A DNA stretch of 64,000 nucleotides from an uncultured bacterium (GCA_965552055.1 CBEVQO010000007.1:41005-105004), one strand, 5' to 3'; counted from the first letter of the stretch, positions 49,916 to 60,041 are shown. Numbers and translations: made by a program. Notes: a model not told the origin generated them from the sequence alone.

Positions 49916-49954
49916 AAAAATTTGACAAATAAAGAATTTCAATATATTTAATGC

Positions 49955-51214
49955 ATGGCTGTAAATCTGCCATATAATTTGTCGAAAGAAAGTGTAAAAT
50001 TTGAAATAGAAGAAAAATATGTAAAAGAAATAATCGAACCCAGAAAGCTTAATGAGATAAATTTGAAGGAAGTTTTGATACAAAAATTGTCAATTTTAAA
50101 TGAAGATAAAAGATTAAAAAAAGCAAAAAAAATAGCAATTCTTGTCGATGATTACACCAGACCCACACCCACAAGGGAAATTTTACCGTTACTTATAGAA
50201 AAGATTGAAGGGATAAACAAAAATTGTGAAATAAAGATAATATATGCGGAAGGGACTCATCCTGTTACAAAGATGGAGCAAATTTATCAGAAGATACCTG
50301 AAGATATTTATGAAAAATATGATGTCGTGATTCATGATGCTTATGATGATAGCAAAAATGTATTCGTGGGAATCACAAAGTTTGGTACTCCTTTATTTTT
50401 AAATAAGGAAGCAGTTTCTACGGATTACAGGATAATAATAAATTCTATTTTTCCAACAGAAATAACAGGATTTACTGGTTCGAGCAAAATGATAGTACCC
50501 GGTATTGCAAGTGCATTTACAACGGACAGAAATCATGCATTGATGATAGCGAGGGGAATTGATGCTGGAAGTTTTGATAATGTTGTTCGTCAAGATATGG
50601 ATGATGCAGCAGAAATTTTTGGAGTGCATCTTGATATAGAGGTGATAATGAATCCAGATTACACTATTCATGAGATTTTGATAGGTGATTTTAAAGAAGT
50701 TTATAGAAAAGGATGTGAAATTTCAAAAGAAATTTTCATGCCTTATGTAAGAGGCAAATCTGATTTTGTGATAGTGAGTCCGGGTGGTGTTGAGGATGTT
50801 GACCTCTGCCAATCATTTAAGGCACTTGCATCTGCTTATAGAATATGCGATGGTGATATAATTTTGGTAGCAGCTTGTCCACTTGGTACTCAATGGCCAG
50901 AATTTGCAGATGTCTTGCACTATGTGAGAAGGAAATGCAAAAAAAGAGAAGATGTTTTGAAATTGCTCGGTGAAGAAGAATTTGAATCAATTTCCGTAGT
51001 TCTCTTATACAGATACTATGATTCACTTGTTGAATTAAAGCGTAAAATTTATCTTTATTCCGATGGGATAACAGAAAGAGAAGCACAATCTTTTGGCTTT
51101 GTAAAAATAAAAAATGTTGAAGAAGGAATAGAAATGTGCCTGAAGAAAAAAAGCGATGCTAAATTTTACATAATCCCTCACGCAGCTTACACTTTTCCCG
51201 TAATTAAAGCTTGA
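49955..51214 (+). CDS. LarA family nickel-pincer-dependent racemase/epimerase homolog
   Basis: DDYTRPTP, EGTH, IHD, GFTGSSKMIVPGIA, NH, DVDLCQSFKAL. Confidence 0.82.
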   Translation: MAVNLPYNLSKESVKFEIEEKYVKEIIEPRKLNEINLKEVLIQKLSILNEDKRLKKAKKIAILVDDYTRPTPTREILPLLIEKIEGINKNCEIKIIYAEGTHPVTKMEQIYQKIPEDIYEKYDVVIHDAYDDSKNVFVGITKFGTPLFLNKEAVSTDYRIIINSIFPTEITGFTGSSKMIVPGIASAFTTDRNHALMIARGIDAGSFDNVVRQDMDDAAEIFGVHLDIEVIMNPDYTIHEILIGDFKEVYRKGCEISKEIFMPYVRGKSDFVIVSPGGVEDVDLCQSFKALASAYRICDGDIILVAACPLGTQWPEFADVLHYVRRKCKKREDVLKLLGEEEFESISVVLLYRYYDSLVELKRKIYLYSDGITEREAQSFGFVKIKNVEEGIEMCLKKKSDAKFYIIPHAAYTFPVIKA

Positions 51215-51242
51215 CATTGTAGAGAAGTTTATAAAATGATGG

Positions 51243-52085
51243 GTGATAAAATTAATGAAATCCTTTTATCATTCTTTCTTTTATAAGATACATGTGCAAT
51301 TTATTCGCATTCTTTCCAATTTTATAATGTTTTTGCTATCCCCAAAAAGGGTAAGGATACTGGATGAGGAATGGGATTATTTGATAATTCTTGATGCTTG
51401 CAGATATGATTTTTTTAAAAAATACAATTTCATCAAGGGCAAACTTGAAAGGAAAGTGAGTATGGGTTCATCTACTCCCGAATGGTTCAGGAAGAATTTT
51501 GAGAGAAAAGTAGATGATGTGGTATATGTTACTGCGAATCCGTATATTTCGAGATGGATTGAAGAAGGGAAGCTCCTGCAAAGATTTTTTTATATGGAGC
51601 ATTTATGGCAATATGAGTGGGATGAAGAGTTAAATTCTGTGCATCCTGACCGTGTTGTTGAGAATGTTCTCAGATTGAAAGAGAAGTATCCCGATAAAAG
51701 AATGATAATTCATTTTTTACAGCCTCATACACCTTTTATAGGCGAGACAAGGATACCACCTGATGGCAGGGTATCTGTAGAAAGAAGGAGAAAAGCATAT
51801 AAAGATAATCTAATCTTAGTTTTAAAAAGTGTGAAAAAACTCATTGATAATCTTTGTGGCAAAATAATAGTGACAGCAGATCATGGAGAATGTCTGGGAG
51901 AATGGGGTCTGTGGAAGCATCCCGATAATGTACATGTAAAGGAGCTAATCGTGATACCATGGCTCATTATAAATAAAGGAAAAAGGAAAATAGTCCCAAA
52001 ATCAATAGAACCCCCGAAAGAGAAAAAAATAGATGAAGGGATTCTCACGAAAAGATTAAAATCATTGGGATATTATCCTGACTGA
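51243..52085 (+). CDS. sulfatase/alkaline-phosphatase superfamily protein
   Basis: LDACRYD, GSSTPEW, HFLQPHTPF, TADHGE, RLKSLGY. Confidence 0.82.
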   Translation: MIKLMKSFYHSFFYKIHVQFIRILSNFIMFLLSPKRVRILDEEWDYLIILDACRYDFFKKYNFIKGKLERKVSMGSSTPEWFRKNFERKVDDVVYVTANPYISRWIEEGKLLQRFFYMEHLWQYEWDEELNSVHPDRVVENVLRLKEKYPDKRMIIHFLQPHTPFIGETRIPPDGRVSVERRRKAYKDNLILVLKSVKKLIDNLCGKIIVTADHGECLGEWGLWKHPDNVHVKELIVIPWLIINKGKRKIVPKSIEPPKEKKIDEGILTKRLKSLGYYPD

Positions 52086-53368
52086 TGATTGCACTTTTTG
52101 TAATTGCTGGAGTGATTGCCGGTGCTATATTCTCACTTCTACCTGCTTTACATATTTATAACATTGTTGCGATTATTCTTTTGATGAAGTTTCCGCCGCT
52201 ATGCGTTGCCTCTTTTTGCCTTGGACTCATTGTAGGCTTTTCTGTCGTTAATACGATACCTTCGGTATTTCTTGGTGCACCTGATGAGAGTGCGGTATTT
52301 CTTGTACTCCCGGGGCAAAAATATCTTTTGCTCGGTAGGGGATATGAAGCATGTGTATTGAGCGGGATAGGCAGTATTCTTGCGATTTTTTCTCTAATAC
52401 TTTTGATTCCATTATTTCAAAAATTTTTACCCTTTTTAAAAATTTTACTCGCAAGGCATTATTACTGGCTTCTTGGTTCTATAATTTGTTATATTTTGAT
52501 GTCAGAATGGCCAAAAGGAGGCGATAGGGGTACTCCCTTTTATCGCTTTTTAGATGGCTGGCGTACACTTTCTTACGGACTTTTGACCTTCTTTTTATCT
52601 GGTTTGCTTGGTATTATTTTGTTTTATAAACCTTTAATACCTGTTGAGCGTGGTTTTCAAAACTTAATGCCCGTTTTTGTTGGTTTGTTTGCGATTCCAT
52701 GGGTGCTAATGAATATAATTTCTGGCACAAAGGTTCCTGAGCAAAATATAAGCAGTAGTGTAAATGTTCGTCCTGTTCATATTTTTCATGGCTGGTTCGC
52801 GGGAGCTATTGGAGGATTATTGGCTGCTTTCCTTCCTGCTATCACAGGTGGAGTGGGGGGTTTACTTGCTGGTCATGCCACTGCTCAGCGTGATGACCGT
52901 GTTTTTATAATTTCTCAGGGAGCATCAAAAGTTTTCTATTATGTTGGTGGTTACTTATTTTATTTAATCCCTGGAGTGAATTTGAAAAGAGGAGGTCTTG
53001 CCTGGATGGTTGGCACAGTTTATTCTCCTGCTTCTTACAAGGAATTCTGGCAAATGATGATAGGCTTATGCATTGGTGGTCTACTTGCATTCTTTCTTTT
53101 AATTTACTTTGCGAAAATTTTTGCGAGATACATTTATCATTTTTCATACAAAATGATTTCAATAATTGCACTTTGCATAATAATTTTACTTGTAGTTTTG
53201 CTGACAGGGATAAAGGGTTTACTGATAGCTGCTACTGCAACAGGTATAGGTTTGATTCCTGTTTTATATGGTTCGAGAAGGATGAATTGTCTAGGAGTAA
53301 TACTTTTGCCCATCACCTTGAATATGGCGGGATTAGGAGATGATATTGCAAAATTTTTAGGTTTTTAA
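52085..53368 (+). CDS. tripartite tricarboxylate transporter TctA-like permease (archaeal type)
   Basis: LLPALHIYN, IPSVFLGAPDE, VLPGQKYLL.GRG, GLFAIP; multi-pass. Confidence 0.8.
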   Translation: MIALFVIAGVIAGAIFSLLPALHIYNIVAIILLMKFPPLCVASFCLGLIVGFSVVNTIPSVFLGAPDESAVFLVLPGQKYLLLGRGYEACVLSGIGSILAIFSLILLIPLFQKFLPFLKILLARHYYWLLGSIICYILMSEWPKGGDRGTPFYRFLDGWRTLSYGLLTFFLSGLLGIILFYKPLIPVERGFQNLMPVFVGLFAIPWVLMNIISGTKVPEQNISSSVNVRPVHIFHGWFAGAIGGLLAAFLPAITGGVGGLLAGHATAQRDDRVFIISQGASKVFYYVGGYLFYLIPGVNLKRGGLAWMVGTVYSPASYKEFWQMMIGLCIGGLLAFFLLIYFAKIFARYIYHFSYKMISIIALCIIILLVVLLTGIKGLLIAATATGIGLIPVLYGSRRMNCLGVILLPITLNMAGLGDDIAKFLGF

Positions 53369-53378
53369 AGGGGGGATT

Positions 53379-55415
53379 ATGTTTGTGTTACTCTGTATAA
53401 TGTACATGGAGACGAAATATGCGACAGGGTGCTTGGTGGAAGACCCCACGACCATTCCATGGCTTCATCGTGCTGAAATAAAAGCGAAGAAAATCTTGCC
53501 ATCGAAGGTTGATTTATCGAAATTCATGCCTCCTGTTGGGAATCAGGATGGTCAGGGTTCCTGTGTTGCATGGGCTGTTGGCTATTATCATAAGACATTT
53601 CAGGAATGGCTCGAACATAGATGGGATGTTACTTCGCCTTATCATCAATTCAGTCCTGCTTTTATTTACAATCAGATAAATGGTGGTGTGGATGGTGGCT
53701 CTTACATTTCCGATGCCTTGAAATGCCTTTGTGACCTTGGATGCGCAAATTTGGTGCTATCACCTTATGATCCTTATGATTCAACTACATGGCCAAGTGA
53801 AGAAGCATATGACTCTGCGATAAAGTATCGGAGTGACTCTGCATATTATTTGTATTGCGGGGATACTGCTGGAATAAGGATGATAAAGCAATTGCTTTAT
53901 GATAGTATAACTGTTATAATTGCGATTGCTGTTTATTACAATTATCTTTACATTGAAAATTATGATACGATGTATTGTGTTGCTGATTCTGCTGGTGAGC
54001 TTTATGGCTGGCATGCTCAATGTATAGTCGGTTATGATGATAACAAGCCAACGCATGATGGTGTGGGAGCTTTCAGGGTAGTCAATTCATGGGGGACTGA
54101 CTGGGGCAACAACGGGTATTACTGGATGTCATATGAAGCTGTAATGAGACCTTCTTTCTGCTGGTGTTATGCTTACTATTCTACCGATAAAATAAATTAC
54201 TCTCCCAGGGTTAAATCACGCATAAGGATAATACATCCTTCGAGGTATACCGTTGGGATAAGTCTGGGAGCAGGAGAGTCCACTTCTCCTGTTTGGGAGA
54301 AGAACTATTTCGACTGGTATATGCCGAGGCGAGCTGACTGGCCATTTCCCTCGCATAAAATAGTCCTTGATTTAACTGATGGTACAGATTTTATTTCGCG
54401 CGGAACCAATATATTTCTCCGATGCGTTGATGAAGTTATTGATGCATATACGGGCTCGGTTGATACATTTCTTGTGCAACATCTTGAATGGGCGGTAACA
54501 GTGGCATCACAGCAGACACCTGCTCCGATAACCGATGGCGGAACTGCTTATGTGAATGTAATATTGCCAGGCACCGCATACTACTCAATATCAGGATATG
54601 TAAAGAGATGGGATGATACTCCTGCAGACTCAATTATGATGGTGCTTACAGGATATGTTAATGAAACATTATATACAGATAGCAGTGGATATTATGAGTT
54701 TGACAGCCTTTTATCTGGTAAAAATTATATTTTAACTCCCTATAAAGAGAGCTGGATATTTGACCCGGATTGCAGGGAATATAATACTTTAAGCGCAAGT
54801 CAAACAGAGCAAAATTTCACAGGATATACTGATATTTATGAGCCAAATAATACAATTGCACAGGCTTATGGACCGCTTTTGAAAGATACTTTATACTACT
54901 CTTTCATCTGGTCTGCTGATGATACAGACTGGTATTACTTTGAATTACCTGAGAGTGTTTTCTATTCAATTGATGTTATTTTAACCAGTTTACCAGCTGA
55001 CTATGACTTATTTTTGTATGACGAAAATGGTCAAATGATAGCAAGTTCGGAGAATTCTGGCTTTCATTACGAAAGAATAGAAATGGATACATTAACTGGC
55101 AAGAAATACATTAAAATAATCGGCAAAAATGGTGCTTATCATCAAAAAGATACATATTTATTAAAAGTAAGCTGGTCTTTCCTTGCATTAAACGAAGAAA
55201 TAATCAAACACAAAGTCTTAATTTATCCCAATCCAGCGCATGGAGAAATAAAAATTTTCGCATCACCTGGAATGCGATATGAAATTTATGATATTAGCGG
55301 TAGATTAATAGAAAAAGGCTTTTCTAAAATAAATGCGAGAAATTTATCTCCCGGGATTTACTTTATAAGAATCGGTAATTCAAAAAGATTGCATAAAATA
55401 ATATTGCTTAAATGA
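53379..55415 (+). CDS. C1 papain-like cysteine peptidase with PPC-like and T9SS-like C-terminal domains
   Basis: QDGQGSCVAWA, GWHA, NSWGTDWG; YEPNN...DYDLFLY; IYPNP...IYDISGR...PGIYF. Confidence 0.88.
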   Translation: MFVLLCIMYMETKYATGCLVEDPTTIPWLHRAEIKAKKILPSKVDLSKFMPPVGNQDGQGSCVAWAVGYYHKTFQEWLEHRWDVTSPYHQFSPAFIYNQINGGVDGGSYISDALKCLCDLGCANLVLSPYDPYDSTTWPSEEAYDSAIKYRSDSAYYLYCGDTAGIRMIKQLLYDSITVIIAIAVYYNYLYIENYDTMYCVADSAGELYGWHAQCIVGYDDNKPTHDGVGAFRVVNSWGTDWGNNGYYWMSYEAVMRPSFCWCYAYYSTDKINYSPRVKSRIRIIHPSRYTVGISLGAGESTSPVWEKNYFDWYMPRRADWPFPSHKIVLDLTDGTDFISRGTNIFLRCVDEVIDAYTGSVDTFLVQHLEWAVTVASQQTPAPITDGGTAYVNVILPGTAYYSISGYVKRWDDTPADSIMMVLTGYVNETLYTDSSGYYEFDSLLSGKNYILTPYKESWIFDPDCREYNTLSASQTEQNFTGYTDIYEPNNTIAQAYGPLLKDTLYYSFIWSADDTDWYYFELPESVFYSIDVILTSLPADYDLFLYDENGQMIASSENSGFHYERIEMDTLTGKKYIKIIGKNGAYHQKDTYLLKVSWSFLALNEEIIKHKVLIYPNPAHGEIKIFASPGMRYEIYDISGRLIEKGFSKINARNLSPGIYFIRIGNSKRLHKIILLK

Positions 55416-56695
55416 TTGGATTTTTGGTTTGTGTATTTTATCTTAATTTGGACCATCCTGTTTATGATATTCTTCCTGTTTTATATATTTCGGGAGAAAT
55501 TAAAAATTTACCTATTGATAGACCTTATGATTTAGACGGTCTTTTATCTTCTGAATTACTCAAAAAATATGTTGGTAAGAGGTGGAAATTTTTTTCTTAT
55601 TTCTTTGCCGATGTTTTTTATTGTGATTCGCCTGGTTTTCATTTATCTGCATCGTTCTATTATTCTGATAAGTTCTTTTCTCTTGGCTGGCAGGGGATAG
55701 GCGGTACACTTGAGGGTTTACCCCTGGCAAGACCCTGGCGTGGCGAAGTGCCTTTTCGTACCCCTTATATGGGATTTATCAATAAGCAGGGGTACTTATC
55801 TTTTACTTTTAAGCGAACCGAATTTTTATTTGGTAGATTCCCGTTGCTGGAAGGACCGGGCTGGAATTCAGGATTACTCGTTTCTCCAAAGCCTTACGAT
55901 GTTTTAATGATGAAATATAAAATAAATGACAGAATAAAGTTAAAATATTTTGTTTTATTTCTTGATAAATATGAGGAAGATAGTGTGATATACAAGAGGT
56001 GGCTTTCATTTCATGAGATTAGCATTAGATTTAAGGGATTAACTCTTGGTTTATCAGAAGCCATTTTATATGGCAGGACGAGTTATGTTCCAGAATTATA
56101 TTATTTGAATCCTGTACTTTTGTGGATTGCCAGTCAGCATAATTGCTGGGAAGATGATAATTTATTTTTCAAACTGGAATTTGCTTTAGACTTAAGGGGA
56201 TTGCGTATTTATGGAGAATTTCTTGTGGATGATTTTCAGTATGCACCTGACCCGAGGGGCGAGCCGAACGAAATAGGTGGTATTATCGGGGTGCAAAAAT
56301 ATTTTAAAAATGAATTTTTGAATTATTTATGGATTGAATACAGAGCTGTTACTGCATGGGTTTATAATCAGAGGCATCCGAGAAACAGGTTGATATATTA
56401 TGGTGAATGCCTTGGTAACGAATTTGGACCCGATGGTGATAAGCTCTTGATAAAACTCGGCAGATTGAAGAGTGGCAGATTGATGGAACTTGAGGCTTAT
56501 ATACAAAGGAAAGGAGAGAATGAGATAGAAACGCAATGGCCCGATGTCTTTCCTGGAGATTATTTTTTGACGGGCAAGGTGAAAAAAGATTTTGGAATGA
56601 TTCTGAAGTGTATTTTAGTTCCGCAATATAGATTTGAAATAGGGATGGGTACGAAGGATAAAATACTTCGCTTTGTTTATACTGTTTCTTTTTAA
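55412..56695 (+). CDS. capsule assembly Wzi-like outer-membrane protein
   Basis: GPG...GLLVS, LGLSEAILY, YLNP, DDN, YGEFLVDD; terminal Phe. Confidence 0.65.
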   Translation: MIGFLVCVFYLNLDHPVYDILPVLYISGEIKNLPIDRPYDLDGLLSSELLKKYVGKRWKFFSYFFADVFYCDSPGFHLSASFYYSDKFFSLGWQGIGGTLEGLPLARPWRGEVPFRTPYMGFINKQGYLSFTFKRTEFLFGRFPLLEGPGWNSGLLVSPKPYDVLMMKYKINDRIKLKYFVLFLDKYEEDSVIYKRWLSFHEISIRFKGLTLGLSEAILYGRTSYVPELYYLNPVLLWIASQHNCWEDDNLFFKLEFALDLRGLRIYGEFLVDDFQYAPDPRGEPNEIGGIIGVQKYFKNEFLNYLWIEYRAVTAWVYNQRHPRNRLIYYGECLGNEFGPDGDKLLIKLGRLKSGRLMELEAYIQRKGENEIETQWPDVFPGDYFLTGKVKKDFGMILKCILVPQYRFEIGMGTKDKILRFVYTVSF

Positions 56696-56869
56696 TTTTA
56701 ATGCGAGCGTAAGCGAGCTTATTACATATGGGTTGATATGTCAGCCCATTACGGGTTTTTGATTTACTCGGGTGTTTTTGCGCTTTATCTTCTGATTGCG
56801 TTTAAATAAGGGTAAGGAGTGGGCTGACTTAATCGGGAAGGTGGGGACAGCGGAGGAGGGGCTAAAAAT
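56696..56869 (+). repeat. intergenic repeat element copy 2 with ~100-nt hairpin-bounded insert
   Basis: Blocks A (56696-56735) and B (56840-56869); GTCAGCCCATT 56740-56750 pairs with AGTGGGCTGAC 56818-56828. Confidence 0.88.
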
Positions 56870-56916
56870 TTTTGAAAAAATTGTTGACAGAATGATAATA
56901 TGCTTAAATGTATAAG

Positions 56917-58005
56917 ATGAATTTGTTATTTTTGCTTGTTTTTATTCCGCAGAATGTTGTTGCGGAAGATTATCCCAACGATGCTGGCAATGCCATAATA
57001 ATTCGCTGGTCTTTTCCCGATAGTTTACTGCCCTATGTTCGTGCGTTTCAGATCTGGCGCAAAGAAGAAGGGGGTGAATTCAGGTTAAGGGGTGTTTCCA
57101 TTACTAATTCTTTTCTCGATGATTCAACCGAAGATGGCAAGCCATATTATTATAAAGTTGCTACTGTTTTAAAAGATGGTAGAATATTTGAGTCGGATAT
57201 TTCGGGTCCTGCTGTTTCGAGTGCCCAGTGGTTTCATACCGGGAGATGGAATGCTTTAATTCTGGGAGTTATATTCAGTTTTCTTATTCTGTGGTATATA
57301 AGGCGTGCGAAGAGGGGTGAGAAATTGTTTTTGCGAAGGATACCGGGTCTTGATGCTGTTGATGAAGCTGTTGGGCGTTCAACCGAGATGGGCAGACCTG
57401 TTTTGTTTGTCCTTGGGCTTGGCTATATAAGTGATATTCCGACGATCGCTGGGCTATCTATTTTGAGCAGAGTTGCGAAGAAGGCAGCAGAATATGAGAC
57501 ACCTGTACTGGTTCCTTGCTATGACCCTGTTGTTATGACAGCTGCTCAGGAGACAGTTAAGCAGGCGTATGCTGAAGCAGGCAGACCCGATTTATACAAT
57601 GAGAAAAACATTTTCTATCTGACATCCGATCAATTTGGCTATGCTGCCGGTGTTGATGGTATTATGTTAAGAGAGCGTCCTGGTGCTGTATTCCTGCAGG
57701 GATATTTCTTTGCAGAGTCATTAATACTTGCGGAAACGGGCTATTCGATAGGGGCGATTCAGATTGCCGGGACATCGGCGATTACTCAGCTGCCTTTCTT
57801 TATTGCAGCATGTGATTACACATTGATAGGTGAGGAGATGTTTGTTGCATCGACCTATCTCTCCCGAGAACCTGTAATGCTTGGCAGTATAAAGGGCGAG
57901 GATTTTGCCAAAATAATTCTTATGATACTGATAGTGATAGGCGTTATATGTGCATGCATAGGTGGTAAATTTCTAAAATTTATAGAATTTTTCAGCAGTG
58001 CGTAG
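56917..58005 (+). CDS. FN3-like domain plus DUF6754-like membrane protein
   Basis: DYPNDAG...W...YYYKV FN3 pattern; RRIPGLDAVDEAVGRSTEMGRP, AESLILAE, LIGEEMF; start 56917 preferred over 56908. Confidence 0.75.
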   Translation: MNLLFLLVFIPQNVVAEDYPNDAGNAIIIRWSFPDSLLPYVRAFQIWRKEEGGEFRLRGVSITNSFLDDSTEDGKPYYYKVATVLKDGRIFESDISGPAVSSAQWFHTGRWNALILGVIFSFLILWYIRRAKRGEKLFLRRIPGLDAVDEAVGRSTEMGRPVLFVLGLGYISDIPTIAGLSILSRVAKKAAEYETPVLVPCYDPVVMTAAQETVKQAYAEAGRPDLYNEKNIFYLTSDQFGYAAGVDGIMLRERPGAVFLQGYFFAESLILAETGYSIGAIQIAGTSAITQLPFFIAACDYTLIGEEMFVASTYLSREPVMLGSIKGEDFAKIILMILIVIGVICACIGGKFLKFIEFFSSA

Positions 58006-58630
58006 GGAAGTACCTTTAGTAATAACTTTTGTTACGGGTATCGTAATAATAATAGGACTATTTGTTCCCCATAAACCTTTTGGAGAGATTCAGCAAACTT
58101 TTTTAAAGTGGTATGTTATAATTGCAGGGTTTACTCTTTTACTTGGTATTGACAGTTTAGTAATTACTCACTGGGGTAAAATAAAGCGTCGTCAACCTGG
58201 TTTTGGCTATAGTGTGGTTCTTATTGCGAGTTTAGCATTTACTTTGATACTCGGGATTTATTCGATAATAAAATATGGTTCTGCTTTTGATGTTAGGGCT
58301 CCCTTTATGTATCTTTACATGCATGTGATTTTGCCTTTGTCTGCTACTATGTTTTCTTTGCTTGCGTTTTTCATAGCGTCAGCTGCTTACAGGGCTTTCA
58401 GGGCTCGAAATGTTGATGCTGCTCTTCTTCTTGTTGCAGGTATACTTGTTATGCTTGGCAGGGTGCCTCTTGGCAGTATGCTATATTCTAAAATGCCACA
58501 AATAGCGGACTGGATAATGGATGTGCCTCAGATGGCAGCAAAAAGGGGCTTACTCATAGGAATAGCTCTTGGTCAAATAGCGATGTCTTTAAGAGTAATA
58601 TTGGGGATTGAGAGAACATATTTGAGATGA
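57998..58630 (+). CDS. conserved multi-pass membrane protein
   Basis: PLSATMFSLLAFFIASAAYRAFRAR, LRVILGIERTYL; overlaps both neighbours. Confidence 0.8.
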   Translation: MRREVPLVITFVTGIVIIIGLFVPHKPFGEIQQTFLKWYVIIAGFTLLLGIDSLVITHWGKIKRRQPGFGYSVVLIASLAFTLILGIYSIIKYGSAFDVRAPFMYLYMHVILPLSATMFSLLAFFIASAAYRAFRARNVDAALLLVAGILVMLGRVPLGSMLYSKMPQIADWIMDVPQMAAKRGLLIGIALGQIAMSLRVILGIERTYLR

Positions 58631-59427
58631 GGGGCTTAGAGAGGAGAATAATTTATCTTCTGATAGCGCTTTCGGTTATTATTCCTTTTCTTTTCAAGAT
58701 AAAGACAAAGGTGGAGATAAGTCCTCCTGTAATGTCGGCGTATAATACGATTGAAAGCTTAAAAGAGGGTACACCTGTTCTTATTTCGATTGATTATGAT
58801 CCTGCGAGCATGCCGGAGCTTCAACCGATGTTACTTGCTATCTTAAGGCATTGTGTAAAGAAGAAGTTAAAAATAATTTTGATGGCTCACTGGCCACTTG
58901 GGGTGCCACTTGGTCAGGAAGCGATTGAGAAGATAGCAAAAGAATATGGCTTAAAATATGGTGAGGACTATGTAAATTTAGGTTACAGACCGGGAGGAGC
59001 TGGCGTCATAATATCTATGGGTAGGGAGATAAGAGATATATTTGATTGTGATTTCAAAGGGACTCCTGTTGATTCACTTCCATTGATGCGTAATGTTCAC
59101 AATTACGATGATATAGGTGTTGTGATAGGTCTTGAGGCGGGCTCTGTTGGTGACTGGTGGGCTCAAAATTTAGGACCTCGATTTGGTGCAAAATTAATAC
59201 TTGGTTCCACTGCTGTTGTTACTCCTGACCTTTATCCTTATCTTGCTTCAGGGCAATGTCAGGGCTTGATAGGTGGATTAAGGGGTGCTGCAGAATATGA
59301 AAATCTGGTTGGACATCCATCAGTTGCTACAATAGGCATGATACCACAATCAGCAGCCCATGCTCTTATAATCATCTTCATAATAATTGGGAATATAATT
59401 TACATTTTGCAGAGGAGAAGAAAATGA
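58627..59427 (+). CDS. conserved membrane-anchored alpha/beta protein
   Basis: TM - DYDPASMPEL, YGEDYVNLGY, YPYLASGQ, GLRGAAEYE - TM. Confidence 0.8.
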   Translation: MRGLERRIIYLLIALSVIIPFLFKIKTKVEISPPVMSAYNTIESLKEGTPVLISIDYDPASMPELQPMLLAILRHCVKKKLKIILMAHWPLGVPLGQEAIEKIAKEYGLKYGEDYVNLGYRPGGAGVIISMGREIRDIFDCDFKGTPVDSLPLMRNVHNYDDIGVVIGLEAGSVGDWWAQNLGPRFGAKLILGSTAVVTPDLYPYLASGQCQGLIGGLRGAAEYENLVGHPSVATIGMIPQSAAHALIIIFIIIGNIIYILQRRRK

Positions 59428-60032
59428 TGGAAACTCTGGGTGTATGGCTTGCAGCCGGGTTTACTCTTTGCATTTTCTCTTTCCTTTATAAAGACAATCC
59501 ATTTTACAAACTTGCCGAACATATCTATGTAGGAGCTTCTGCTGCTTATATGGTGATATTTGTGTGGAGTTTCGATGTAAAGCCGATGCTCATAGACCGA
59601 TTTATTGTTAATGGTAAGGTAAACTGGTCATTACTCTTTCCTGCGTTCTTCAGTGCCTTGATGTTATGTCGTTTTATCCCGCGTATTGCATGGCTTTCTC
59701 GCTGGGCAATAGCTTTTACAGTGGGAATAGGTGCGGGGATAGGATTTACTATGGGTTTACATGGCTATATCTTACCTCAATTAAAGGCAACGATGGTGCC
59801 ACTTGTAAATGTAAATAATATCATTATAGTGATTGGTGTTCTCTCTGTTTTAATGTATTTCTATTTCTCAATAGAGCATAAGGGTCCTGTCAAATATGTT
59901 TCTCGTCTTGGCAGGATTTTTATAATGATAGCATTTGGAGCATCATTTGGTTATACTGTTATGGCAAGAATATCCCTTCTTATCGGCAGAATACACTTCC
60001 TCTTATCCGACTGGCTTAAGATAATAAAATAG
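59424..60032 (+). CDS. conserved multi-pass membrane protein
   Basis: FSFLYKDNPFYKLAEHIYVG, FGASFGYTVMARISLLIGR. Confidence 0.8.
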   Translation: MMETLGVWLAAGFTLCIFSFLYKDNPFYKLAEHIYVGASAAYMVIFVWSFDVKPMLIDRFIVNGKVNWSLLFPAFFSALMLCRFIPRIAWLSRWAIAFTVGIGAGIGFTMGLHGYILPQLKATMVPLVNVNNIIIVIGVLSVLMYFYFSIEHKGPVKYVSRLGRIFIMIAFGASFGYTVMARISLLIGRIHFLLSDWLKIIK

Positions 60033-60041
60033 GAGGGGGCT

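Noticed and set aside
49751..50083. 110-aa minus-strand ORF over the repeat element
   Set aside because: Overlaps the larA-like start and promoter, low complexity, no start signals
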